In this document: positions 10,501 through 23,051 of the stretch, piece by piece
Numbering within the stretch: the stretch's first letter is position 1
Layout: each line of letters begins with the position of its first letter
DNA from: Utricularia gibba
Lineage: Eukaryota > Plantae > Magnoliophyta
NCBI GenBank assembly: GCA_002189035.1
Contig: NEEC01000016.1
Span: 62,001 to 126,000 of the forward strand
Length of the DNA: 64,000 nt
Reading direction: 5' to 3'
Program-made: the position numbers and the translations under genes
Notes under the pieces: generated by a model
The model's input: only the letters and a program-made list of their open reading frames with translations
Databases searched by the model: none
Told to the model about the DNA's origin: nothing

Positions 10501-13500
10501 CTAGGCCATTTTGTGACACCATTCAAGGCTTATATAGGGCCATCCTCGAGCTTCGAACTTTCCTCGGATGGGCGATTTCCCAACACGAAAAACGATCGTC
10601 TCAGAATGAGCTTCGAAACGGTATGCTGTGTGTCGCGTGACTCTAAACGGTTTGGACGATGTGGCGTCAATGGCGAAGGCTGCGCGAGGCCACCCCTTGG
10701 TGTAGGAATTCCCAGGGCCCGAGCACACCCGTAGAAACGCATGAGAATGCCGCGAAATTCAAGATTTTGACATATATTAACGAATCACGCGTGTTTCGCA
10801 ATCCGAGAATAATTTTCGCATAAAAACGAGCAAAGGAGTCGCAACGTCCCCAATGGCTAGGCCATTTTGTGACACCATTCAAGGCTAATATAGGCCATCC
10901 TTCGAGCTTCGAACTTTCCTCGGATGGGCGAACTCCCAACACGAAAAACGATCGTCTCAGAATGAGCTTCGAAACGGTATGCTGTGTGTCGCGTGACTCT
11001 AAACGGTTTGGACGATGTGGCGTCAATGGCGAAGGCTGCGCGAGGCCACCCCTTGTGTAGGAATTCCCAGGGCCCGAGCACACCCGAGAAACGCATGAGA
11101 ATGCCGCGAAATTCAAGATTTTGACATATATTAACGAATCACGCGTGTTTCGCAAGCCGAGAATAATTTTCGCATAAAACGAGCAAAGGAGTCGCAACGT
11201 CCCCAATGGCTAGACCATTTTGGACACCATTGAAGGCTAATATAAGGGCCATCCGAGCTTCGAACTTTCCTCGGATGGGCAACTCCCAACACGAAAAACG
11301 ACCGTCTCGGAATGAGCTTCGAAACGGTATGCTGTGTGTGTCGCGTGACTCTAAACGGTTTGGACGATGTGGCGTCAATGGCGAAGGCTGCGCGAGGCCA
11401 CCCCTTAATGTAGGAATTCCCAGGGCCGAGCACACTCGGAGAAACGCATGAGAATGCCGCGAAATTCAAGATTTTGACATATATTAACGAATCACGCGTG
11501 TTTCGCAAGCCGAGAATTTTCGCATAAAAACGAGCAAACGAGTCCCAACGTCCCCAATGGCTAGGCCATTTTGTGACACCATTCAAGGCTTATATAGGGC
11601 CATCCTTCGAGCTTCGAACTTTCCTCGGATGGGCACTCCCAACACAAAAAACGACCGTCTCAGAATGAGCTTCGAAACGGTATGCTGTGTGTCGCGTGAC
11701 TCTAAACGGTTTGGACGATGTGGCGTCAATGGCGAAGGCTGCGCGAGGCCACCCCTTGGTGTAGGAATTCCCAGGGCCCCGAGCACACCGAGAAACGCAT
11801 GAGAATGCCGCGAAATTCAAGATTTTGACATATATTAACGAATCACGCGTGTTTCGCAAGCCGAATTAGTTTTCGCATAAAAACGAGCAAAGGAGTCCAA
11901 CGTCCCCAATGGCTAGGCCATTTTGACACCATTGAAGGCTAATATAAGGCCATCCTTCGAGCTTCGAACTTTCCTCGGATGGGCGAAGCTCCAACACGAA
12001 AAACGACCGTCTCAGAATGAGCTTCGAAACGTATGCTTGTGTGACTCTAAACGGTTTGGAAGTTGTGGCGTCAATTGCGAAGGCTGCGCGAGGCCACCCC
12101 TTAATGTAGGAATTCCCAGGGCCCGAGCACACTCGGAGAAACGCATGAGAATGCCGCGAAATTCAAGATTTTGACATATATAACGAATCACGCGTGTTTC
12201 GCAATCCGAGAATAATTTTCGCATAAAAACGAGCAAAGGAGTCGCAACGTCCCCAATGGCTAGGCCATTTTGTGACACCATTCAAGGCTATATAAGGCCA
12301 TCCGTCGAGCTTCGAACTTTCCTCGGATGGGCGAACTCCCAACACGAAAAACGACCGTCTCAGAATGAGCTTCGAAACGTATGCTGTGTGTCGCGTGACT
12401 CTAAACGGTTTGGACGATGTGGCGTCAATGGCGAAGGCTGCGCGAGGCCACCCCTTAATGTAGGAATTCCCAGGCCGAGCACACTCGGAGAAACGCATGA
12501 GAATGCCGAAATTCAAGATTTTGACATATATTAACGAATCACGCGTGTTTCGCAATCCGAGAATAATTTTCGCATAAAAACGAGCAAAGGAGTCGCATGT
12601 CCCCAATGGCTAGACCATTTTGGGACACCATTGGCTAATATAAGGCCATCCTTCGAGCTTCGAACTTTCCTCGGATGGGCAAACTCCCAACACGAAAAAC
12701 GTCTCGGAATGAGCTTCGAAACGGTATGCTGTGTGTCGCGTGACTCTAAACGGTTTGGACGATGTGGCGTCACCCGCGAGGCCACCCCTTGGTGTAGGAA
12801 GTCCCAGGGCCCGAGCACACCGTAGAAACGCATGAGAATGCCGCGAAATTCAAGATTTTGACATATATTAACGAATCACGCGTGTTTCGCAAGCCGAGAT
12901 TAGTTTTCGCATAAAAACGAGCAAAGGAGTCGCAATGTCCCCAATGGCTAGACCATTTTGTGACACCATTGAAGGCTAATATAGGGCCATCCTTCGAGCT
13001 TCGAACTTTCCTCGGATGGGCGAGTCCCAACACGAAAAACGACCGTCAGAATGAGCTTCGAAACGGTGCTGTGTGTCGCGTGACTCTAAACGGTTTGGAG
13101 TTGTGGCGTCAATGGCGAAGGCTGCGCGAGGCCACCCCTTGGTGTAGGAATTCCCAGGGCCCGAGCACACTCGGAGAAACGCATGAGAATGCCGCGAAAT
13201 TCAAGATTTTGACATATATTAACGAATCACGCGTGTTTCGCAATCCGAGAATAATTTTCGCATAAAAACGAGCAAAGGAGTCGCATGTCCCCAATGGCTA
13301 GGCCATTTGTGACACCATTCAAGGCTTATATAGGGCCATCCGTCGAGCTTCGAACTTTCCTCGGATGGGCGAACTCCCAACACGAAAAACGATCGTCTCA
13401 GAATGAGCTTCGAAACGGTATGCTGTGTGTCGCGTGACTCTAAACGGTTTGGACGATGTGGCGTCAATGGCGAAGGCTGCGCGAGGCCACCCCTTAATGT

Positions 13501-15319
13501 AGGAATTCCCAGGGCCCGAGCACACTCGGAGAAACGCATGAGAATGCCGCGAAATTCAAGATTTTGACATATATTAACGAATCACGCGTGTTTCGCAAGC
13601 CGAGATTAGTTTTCGCATAAAAACGAGCAAACGAGTCCCAACGTCCCCAATGGCTAGGCCATTTTGTGACACCATTCAAGGCTTATATAGGGCCATCCGT
13701 CGAGCTTCGAACTTTCCTCGGATGGGCGAACTCCAACACGAAAAACGACCGTCTCAGAATGAGCTTCGAAACGGTATGCTGTGTGTCGCGTGACTCTAAA
13801 CGGTTTGGACGATGTGGCGTCAATGGCGAAGGCTGCGCGAGGCCACCCCTTAATGTAGGAATTCCCAGGGCCCGAGCACACTCGGAGAAACGCATGAGAA
13901 TGCCGCGAAATTCAAGATTTTGACATATATTAACGAATCACGCGTGTTTCGCAAGCCGAGATTAGTTTTCGCATAAAAACGAGCAAACGAGTCCAACGTC
14001 CCCAATGGCTAGCCATTTTGTGACACCATTCAAGGCTTATATAGGGCCATCCGTCGAGCTTCGAACTTTCCTCGGATGGGCAACTCCCAACACGAAAAAC
14101 GATCGTCTCAGAATGAGCTTCGAAACGGTATGCTGTGTGTCGCGTGACTCTAAACGGTTTGGACGATGTGGCGTCAATGGCGAAGGCTGCGCGAGGCCAC
14201 CCCTTAATGTAGGAATTCCCAGGGCCCGAGCACACCGAGAAACGCATGAGAATGCCGCGAAATTCAAGATTTTGACATATATTAACGAATCACGCGTGTT
14301 TCGCAATCCGAGAATAATTTTCGCATAAAAACGAGCAAAGGAGTCGCAACGTCCCCAATGGCTAGACCATTTTGTGACACCATTGAAGGCTAATATAAGG
14401 CCATCCTTCGAGCTTCGAACTTTCCTCGGATGGGCAACTCCCAACACGAAAAACGACCGTCTCGGAATGAGCTTCGAAACGGTATGCTGTGTGTCGCGTG
14501 ACTCTAAACGGTTTGGACGATGTGGCGTCAATGGCGAAGGCTGCGCGAGGCCACCCCTTGGTGTAGGAAGTCCCAGGGCCCGAGCACACCGTAGAAACGC
14601 ATGAGAATGCCGCGAAATTCAAGATTTTGACATATATTAACGAATCACGCGTGTTTCGCAATCCGAGAATAATTTTCGCATAAAAACGAGCAAAGGAGTC
14701 GCAATGTCCCCAATGGCTAGGCCATTTTGTGACACCATTCAAGGCTTATATAGGGCCATCCGTCGAGCTTCGAACTTTCCTCGGATGGGCGAACTCCCAA
14801 CACGAAAAACGATCGTCTCAGAATGAGCTTCGAAACGGTATGCTGTGTGTCGCGTGACTCTAAACGGTTTGGACGATGTGGCGTCAATGGCGAAGGCTGC
14901 GCGAGGCCACCCTTGGTGTAGGAATTCCCAGGCCCGAGCACACCGGAGAAACGCATGAGAATGCGCGAAATTCAAGATTTTGACATATATTAACGAATCA
15001 CGCGTGTTTCGCAATCCGAGAAAATTTTCGCATAAAAACGAGCAAAGGAGTCGCAACGTCCCCAATGGCTAGACCATTTTGTGACACCATTCAAGGCTTA
15101 TATAGGGCCATCCGTCGAGCTTCGAACTTTCCTCGGATGGGCGAACTCCCAACACGAAAAACGATCGTCTCAGAATGAGCTTCGAAACGGTATGCTGTGT
15201 GTCGCGTGACTCTAAACGGTTTGGACGATGTGGCGTCAATGGCGAAGGCTGCGCGAGGCCAGGAAGTCCCGGGCCCGAGCACACCGAGAAACGCATGAGA
15301 ATGCCGCGAAATTCAAGAT

Positions 15320-15500
15320 TTTGGAATCACGCGAATCCGAGATTATTTTCGCACGGTCCGTACTCGTGACGAAACGAAACTTTCCTCGGATGGGCGAACA
15401 CGAAAAACGACCGTGCTTCGAAACGATTGTGTGTCGCGTGACTCTAAACGGTTTGGACGATGTGGCGTCAATGGCGAAGGCTGCGCGAGGCCACGTAGGA
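15320..15500. repeat. Isolated deleted/scrambled monomer junction
   Basis: Two units span only 15073-15654 (581 bp versus ~710 expected). The junction motif is replaced by CACGGTCCGTACTCGTGACGAAACGAAAC. Confidence 0.85.
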
Positions 15501-15653
15501 ATTCCCAGGGCCCGAGCACACTCGGAGAAACGCATGAGAATGCCGCGAAATTCAAGATTTTGACATATATTAACGAATCACGCGTGTTTCGCAAGCCGAG
15601 ATTAGTTTTCGCATAAAAACGAGCAAAGGAGTCGCAACGTCCCCAATGGCTAG

Positions 15654-16004
15654 ACCATTTTGTGACACCATTGAAGGCTAATATAGGGCCATCCTTCGAG
15701 CTTCGAACTTTCCTCGGATGGGCGAGTTCCCAACACGAAAAACGACCGTCAGAATGAGCTTCGAAACGAAATTTTGTGCACGTGACTCTAAACGGTTTGG
15801 AGTTGTGGCGTCAATTGCGAAGGCTGCGCGAGGCCCACCCTTGGTGTAGGAATTCCCAGGGCCCGAGCACACTCGGAGAAACGCATGAGAATGCCGCGAA
15901 ATTCAAGATTTTGACATATATTAACGAATCTCGCGTGTTTCGCAATCCGAGAACAATTTTCGCATAAAAACGAGCAAAGGAGTCGCAACGTCCCCAATGG
16001 CTAG
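15654..16004 (+). repeat. Diverged monomer variant (type B), copy at 15.7 kb
   Basis: The normally invariant core reads GAAACGAAATTTTGTGCACGTGACTCTAAACGGTTTGGAGTTGTGGCGTCAATTGCG (15763-15818). Confidence 0.85.
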
Positions 16005-19000
16005 GCCATTTTGTGACACCATTCAAGGCTTATATAGGGCCATCCGTCGAGCTTCGAACTTTCCTCGGATGGGCGATTTCCCAACACGAAAAACGATCGT
16101 CTCGGAATGAGCTTCGAAACGGTATGCTGTGTGTCGCGTGACTCTAAACGGTTTGGACGATGTGGCGTCAATGGCGAAGGCTGCGCGAGGCACCCCTTGG
16201 TGTAGGAATTCCCAGGGCCCGAGCACACTCGGAGAAACGCATGAGAATGATGCGAAATTCAAGATTTTGACATATATTAACGAATCACGCGTGTTTCGCA
16301 AGCTGAGATTAGTTTTCGCGTAAAAAACGAGCAAAGGAGTCGCGATGTCCCCAATGGCTAGACCATTTTCTAAAACCATTGAAGGCTAATATAGGCCATC
16401 CTTCGAGCTTCGAACTTTCCTCGGATGGGCAAGCTCCCAACACGAAAAACGACCGTCTCGGAATGAGCTTCGAAACGGTATGCTGTTTGTCGCGTGACTC
16501 TAAACGGTTTTGGACGATGTGGCGTCATTGGCGATGGCTGCGCGAGGCCACCCCTTGGTGTAGGAAGTCCCAGTACCCGAGCACACCCGTTGAGAATGCC
16601 GCGAAATTCAAGATTTTGACATATATTAACGAATCACGCGTGTTTCGCAAGCCGAGAATAATTTTCGCATAAAAACGAGCAAAGGAGTCGCAACGTCCCC
16701 AATGGCTAGACCATTTTGTGACACCATTCAAGGCTTATATAGGGCCCGTCGAGCTTCGAACTTTCCTCGGATGGGCGCTCCCAACACGAAAAACGATCGT
16801 CTCAGAATGAGCTTCGAAACGGTATGCTGTGTGTCGCGTGACTCTAAACGGTTTGGACGATGTGGCGTCAATGGCGAAGGCTGCGCGAGGCCACCCCTTG
16901 CCCCAGGGCCCGAGCACACTGGAGAAACGCATGAGAATGCCGCGAAATTCAAGATTTTGACATATATAAACGAATCACGCGTGTTTCGCAAGCCGAGAAT
17001 TTTTCGCATAAAAACGAGCAAACGAGTCCCAACGTCCCCAATGGCTAGGCCATTTTGTGACACCATTGAAGGCTTATATAGGGCCATCCGTCGAGCTTCG
17101 AACTTTCCTCGGATGGGCGAACTCCCAACACGAAAAACGACCGTCTCGGAATGAGCTTCGAAACGGTATGCTGTGTCGTGACTCTAAACGGTTTGGACGA
17201 TGTGGCGTCAATGGCGAAGGCTGCGCGAGGCCACCCCTTGGTGTAGGAAGTCCCGGGCCCGAGCACACCCGTAGAAACGCATGAGAATGCCGCGAAATTC
17301 AAGATTTTGACATATATTAACGAATCACGCGTGTTTCGCAAGCCGAGAACAATTTTCGCATAAAAACGAGCAAAGGAGTCGCAACGTCCCCAATGGCTAG
17401 CCATTTTGTGACACCATTGAAGGCTTATATAGGGCCATCCTTCGAGCTTCGAACTTTCCTCGGATGGGCGAAACACGAAAAACGACCGTCTCAGAATGAG
17501 CTTCGAAACGGTGCTGTGTGTCGCGTGACTCTAAACGGTTTGGACGATGTGGCGTCAATGCGAAGGCTGCGCGAGGCCACCCCTTAATGTAGGAATTCCC
17601 GGGCCCGAGCACACTCGGAGAAACGCATGAGAATGCCGCGAAATTCAAGATTTTGACATATATTAACGAATCACGCGTGTTTCGCAAGCCGAGATTAGTT
17701 TTCGCATAAAAACGAGCAAAGGAGTCGCAACGTCCCCAATGGCTAGGCCATTTTGTGACACCATTCAAGGCTTATATAGGGCCATCCTCGAGCTTCGAAC
17801 TTTCCTCGGATGGGCGAACTCCAAACGAAAAACGACGTCTCAGAATGAGCTTCGAAACGGTATGCTGTGTGTCGCGTGACTCTAAACGGTTTGGACGATG
17901 TGGCGTCAATGCGAAGGCTGCGCGAGGCCACCCCTTGGTGTAGGAATTCCCAGGGCCCGAGCACACTCGAGAAACGCATGAGAATGCCGCGAAATTCAAG
18001 ATTTTGACATATATTAACGAATCACGCGTGTTTCGCAAGCCGAGAATAATTTTCGCATAAAAACGAGCAAAGGAGTCCAAGTCCCCAATGGCTAGACCAT
18101 TTTGTGACACCATTCAAGGCTTATATAGGGCCATCCGTCGAGCTTCGAACTTTCCTCGGATGGGCGAACTCCCAACACGAAAAACGATCGTCTCAGAATG
18201 AGCTTCGAAACGGTATGCTGTGTGTCGCGTGACTCTAAACGGTTTGGACGATGTGGCGTCAATGGCGAAGGCTGCGCGAGGCCACCCCTTGGTGTAGGAA
18301 GTCCCAGGGCCCGAGCACACCGGAGAAACGCATGAGAATGCCGCGAAATTCAAGATTTTGACATATATTAACGAATCACGCGTGTTTCGCAAGCCGAGAA
18401 AATTTTCGCATAAAAACGAGCAAAGGAGTCGCAACGTCCCCAATGGCTAGACCATTTGTGACACCATTGAAGGCTAATATAGGCCATCCTTCGAGCTTCG
18501 AACTTTCCTCGGATGGGCGATTCCCAACACGAAAAACGACCGTCTCAGAATGAGCTTCGAAACGGTATGCTGTGTGTCGTGACTCTAAACGGTTTGGACG
18601 ATGTGGCGTCAATTGCGAAGGCTGCGCGAGGCCACCCCTTAATGTAGGAATTCCCAGGGCCCGAGCACACTCGGAGAAACGCATGAGAATGCCGCGAAAT
18701 TCAAGATTTTGACATATATTAACGAATCACGCGTGTTTCGCAATCCGAGAATAATTTTCGCATAAAAACGAGCAAAGGAGTCGCAACGTCCCCAATGGCT
18801 AGACCATTTTGACACCATTGAAGGCTAATATAGGCCATCCTTCGAGCTTCGAACTTTCCTCGGATGGGCGAACTCCCAACACGAAAAACGACCGTCTCAG
18901 AATGAGCTTCGAAACGGTATGCTGTGTGTCGCGTGACTCTAAACGGTTTGGACGATGTGGCGTCAATGGCGAAGGCTGCGCGAGGCCACCCCTTAATGTA

Positions 19001-22000
19001 GGAATTCCCAGGGCCCGAGCACACTCGGAGAAACGCATGAGAATGCCGCGAAATTCAAGATTTTGACATATATTAACGAATCACGCGTGTTTCGCAAGCC
19101 GAGATTAATTTTCGCATAAAAACGAGCAAAGGAGTCGCAACGTCCCCAATGGCTAGGCCATTTTGACACCATTCAAGGCTAATATAGGGCCATCCTTCGA
19201 GCTTCGAACTTTCCTCGGATGGGCGAACTCCCAACACGAAAAACGACCGTCTCAGAATGAGCTTCGAAACGGTATGCTGTGTCGCGTGACTCTAAACGGT
19301 TTGGACGATGTGGCGTCAATGGCGAAGGCTGCGCGAGGCCACCCCTTAATGTAGGAATTCCCAGGGCCCGAGCACACTCGGAGAAACGCATGAGAATGCC
19401 GCGAAATTCAAGATTTTGACATATATTAACGAATCACGCGTGTTTCGCAATCCGAGAATAATTTTCGCATAAAAACGAGCAAAGGAGTCGCAACGTCCCC
19501 AATGGCTAGGCCATTTGTGACACCATTCAAGGCTTATATAGGGCCATCCGTCGAGCTTCGAACTTTCCTCGGATGGGCGAACTCCAACACGAAAAACGAC
19601 CGTCTCAGAATGAGCTTCGAAACGGTATGCTGTGTGTCGCGTGACTCTAAACGGTTTGGACGATGTGGCGTCAATGGCGAAGGCTGCGCGAGGCCACCCC
19701 TTGGTGTAGGAATCCCAGGGCCCGAGCACACTCGGAAAACGCATGAGAATGCCGCGAAATTCAAAGATTTTGACATATATTAACGAATCACGCGTGTTTC
19801 GCAAGCCGAGATTAATTTTCGCATAAAAACGAGCAAAGGAGTCGCAACGTCCCCAATGGCTAGGCCATTTTGTGACACCATTCAAGGCTTATATAGGGCC
19901 ATCCGTCGAGCTTCGAACTTTCCTCGGATGGGCGAACTCCAAACACGAAAAACGACGTCTCAGAATGAGCTTCGAAACGGTATGCTGTGTGTCGCGTGAC
20001 TCTAAACGGTTTGGACGATGTGGCGTCAATGGCGAAGGCTGCGCGAGGCCACCCCTTGGTGTAGGAATTCCCAGGGCCCGAGCACACCCGGAGAAACGCA
20101 TGAGAATGCCCGCGAAATTCAAGATTTTGACATATATTAACGAATCACGCGTGTTTCGCAAGCCGAGAATAATTTTCGCATAAAAACGAGCAAAGAGTCG
20201 CAACGTCCCCAATGGCTAGGCCATTTTGTGACACCATTCAAGGCTTATATAGGGCCATCCGTCGAGCTTCGAACTTTCCTCGGATGGGCGAACTCCAACA
20301 CGAAAAACGACCGTCTCAGAATGAGCTTCGAAACGGTATGCTGTGTGTCGCGTGACTCTAAACGGTTTGGACGATGTGGCGTCAATGGCGAAGGCTGCGC
20401 GAGGCCACCCCTTAATGTAGGAATTCCCAGGGCCGAGCACACTCGGAGAAACGCATGAGAATGCCGCGAAATTCAAGATTTTGACATATATTAACGAATC
20501 ACGCGTGTTTCGCAATCCGAGAATAATTTTCGCATAAAAACGAGCAAAGGAGTCGCGATGTCCCCAATGGCTAGGCCATTTTGTGACACCATTCAAGGCT
20601 TATATAGGGCCATCCGTCGAGCTTCGAACTTTCCTCGGATGGGCGAACTCCCAACACGAAAAACGATCGTCTCAGAATGAGCTTCGAAACGGTATGCTGT
20701 GTGTCGCGTGACTCTAAACGGTTTGGACGATGTGGCGTCAATGGCGAAGGCTGCGCGAGGCCACCCCTTAATGTAGGAATTCCCAGGGCCCGAGCACACT
20801 CGAGAAACGCATGAGAATGCCGCGAAATTCAAGATTTTGACATATATTAACGAATCACGCGTGTTTCGCAATCGAGAACAATTTTCGCATAAAAACGAGC
20901 AAAGGAGTCCCAACGTCCCCAATGGCTAGGCCATTTTGTGACACCATTCAAGGCTTAATAGGCCATCCTTCGAGCTTCGAACTTTCCTCGGATGGGCGAT
21001 TCCAACACGAAAAACGACCGTCTCAGAATGAGCTTCGAAACGGTGCTGTGTGTCGCGTGACTCTAAACGGTTTGGACGATGTGGCGTCAATGGCGAAGGC
21101 TGCGCGAGGCCACCCCTTGGTGTAGGAATTCCCAGGGCCCGAGCACACCGGAGAAACGCATGAGAATGCCGCGAAATTCAAGATTTTGACATATATTAAC
21201 GAATCACGCGTGTTTCGCAAGCCGAGAACAATTTTCGCATAAAAACGAGCAAAGAGTCCCAACGTCCCCAATGGCTAGGCCATTTTGTGACACCATTGAA
21301 GGCTTATATAGGGCCATCCTTCGAGCTTCGAACTTTCCTCGGATGGGCTCCCAACACGAAAAACGACGTCTCAGAATGAGCTTCGAAACGGTATGCTGTG
21401 TGTCGCGTGACTCTAAACGGTTTGGACGATGTGGCGTCAATGGCGAAGGCTGCGCGAGGCCACCCCTTGGTGTAGGAATTCCCAGGGCCCGAGCACACCC
21501 GAGAAACGCATGAGAATGCCGCGAAATTCAAGATTTTGACATATATTAACGAATCACGCGTGTTTCGCAAGCCGAGAACAATTTTTTCGCATAAAAACGA
21601 GCAAAGGAGTCGCAACGTCCCCAATGGCTAGACCATTTTGTGACACCATTCAAGGCTTATATAGGGCCATCCGTCGAGCTTCGAACTTTCCTCGGATGGG
21701 CGAACTCCCAACACGAAAAACGACCGTCTCAGAATGAGCTTCGAAACGGTGCTGTGTGTCGCGTGACTCTAAACGGTTTGGACGATGTGGCGTCAATGCG
21801 AAGGCTGCGCGAGGCCACCCCTTGGTGTAGGAATTCCCAGGGCCCGAGCACACTCGGAGAAACGCATGAGAATGCCGCGAAATTCAAGATTTTGACATAT
21901 ATTAACGAATCACGCGTGTTTCGCAAGCCGAGAATAATTTTCGCATAAAAAACGAGCAAAGAGTCCAACGTCCCCAATGGCTAGGCCATTTTGTGACACC

Positions 22001-22694
22001 ATTCAAGGCTTATATAGGGCCATCCGTCGAGCTTCGAACTTTCCTCGGATGGGCGAACTCCCAACACGAAAAACGATCGTCTCGGAATGAGCTTCGAAAC
22101 GGTATGCTGTGTGTCGCGTGACTCTAAACGGTTTGGACGATGTGGCGTCAATGGCGAAGGCTGCGCGAGGCCACCCCTTAATGTAGGAATTCCCAGGCCC
22201 GAGCACACTCGGAGAAACGCATGAGAATGCCGCGAAATTCAAGATTTTGACATATATTAACGAATCACGCGTGTTTCGCAAGCCGAGAATAATTTTCGCA
22301 TAAAAACGAGCAAAGAGTCGCAACGTCCCCAATGGCTAGGCCATTTTGTGACACCATTCAAGGCTTATATAGGGCCATCCGTCGAGCTTCGAACTTTCCT
22401 CGGATGGGCGAACTCCCAACACGAAAAACGATCGTCTCAGAATGAGCTTCGAAACGGTATGCTGTGTGTCGCGTGACTCTAAACGGTTTGGACGATGTGG
22501 CGTCAATGGCGAAGGCTGCGCGAGGCCACCCCTTGTGTAGGAAGTCCCAGGGCCCGAGCACACTCGTAGAAACGCATGAGAATGCCGCGAAATTCAAGAT
22601 TTTGACATATATTAACGAATCACGCGTGTTTCGCAAGCCGAGAATAATTTTCGCATAAAAACGAGCAAAGAGTCGCAACGTCCCCAATGGCTAG

Positions 22695-23051
22695 GCCATT
22701 TTGTGACACCATTCAAGGCTTATATAGGGCCATCCGTCGAGCTTCGAACTTTCCTCGGATGGGCGAACTCCCAACACGAAAAACGACCGTCTCGGAATGA
22801 GCTTCGAAACGGTATGCTGTGTGTCGCGTGACTCTAAACGGTTTGGACGATGTGGCGTCAATGGCGAAGGCTGCGCGAGGCCACCCCTTGGTGTAGGAAG
22901 TCCCGGGGCCCGAGCACACCCGTAGAAACGCATGAGAATGCCGCGAAATTCAAGATTTTGACATATATTAACGAATCACGCGTGTTTCGCAAGCCGAGAT
23001 TAATTTTCGCATAAAAACGAGCAAAGGAGTCGCAACGTCCCCAATGGCTAG
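22695..23051 (+). repeat. Representative full-length 357-bp monomer
   Basis: Runs from one G-CCATTTTGTG junction (22695) to the next (23052). It contains both invariant cores, two TTCGAA sites, GGGCCC, and the CACGCGTG palindrome. Confidence 0.95.

Noticed and set aside
22825-22982. Long-range inverted repeat CGCGTGA / TCACGCG within the monomer
   Set aside because: Only 7-9 bp separated by ~145 bp, which is expected by chance in CpG-rich sequence.
23005-23021. CENP-B-box-like motif (TTCG....A..CG)
   Set aside because: TTCGCATAAAAACGAG has the wrong spacing and lacks CGGG. No centromeric function can be inferred from the sequence.
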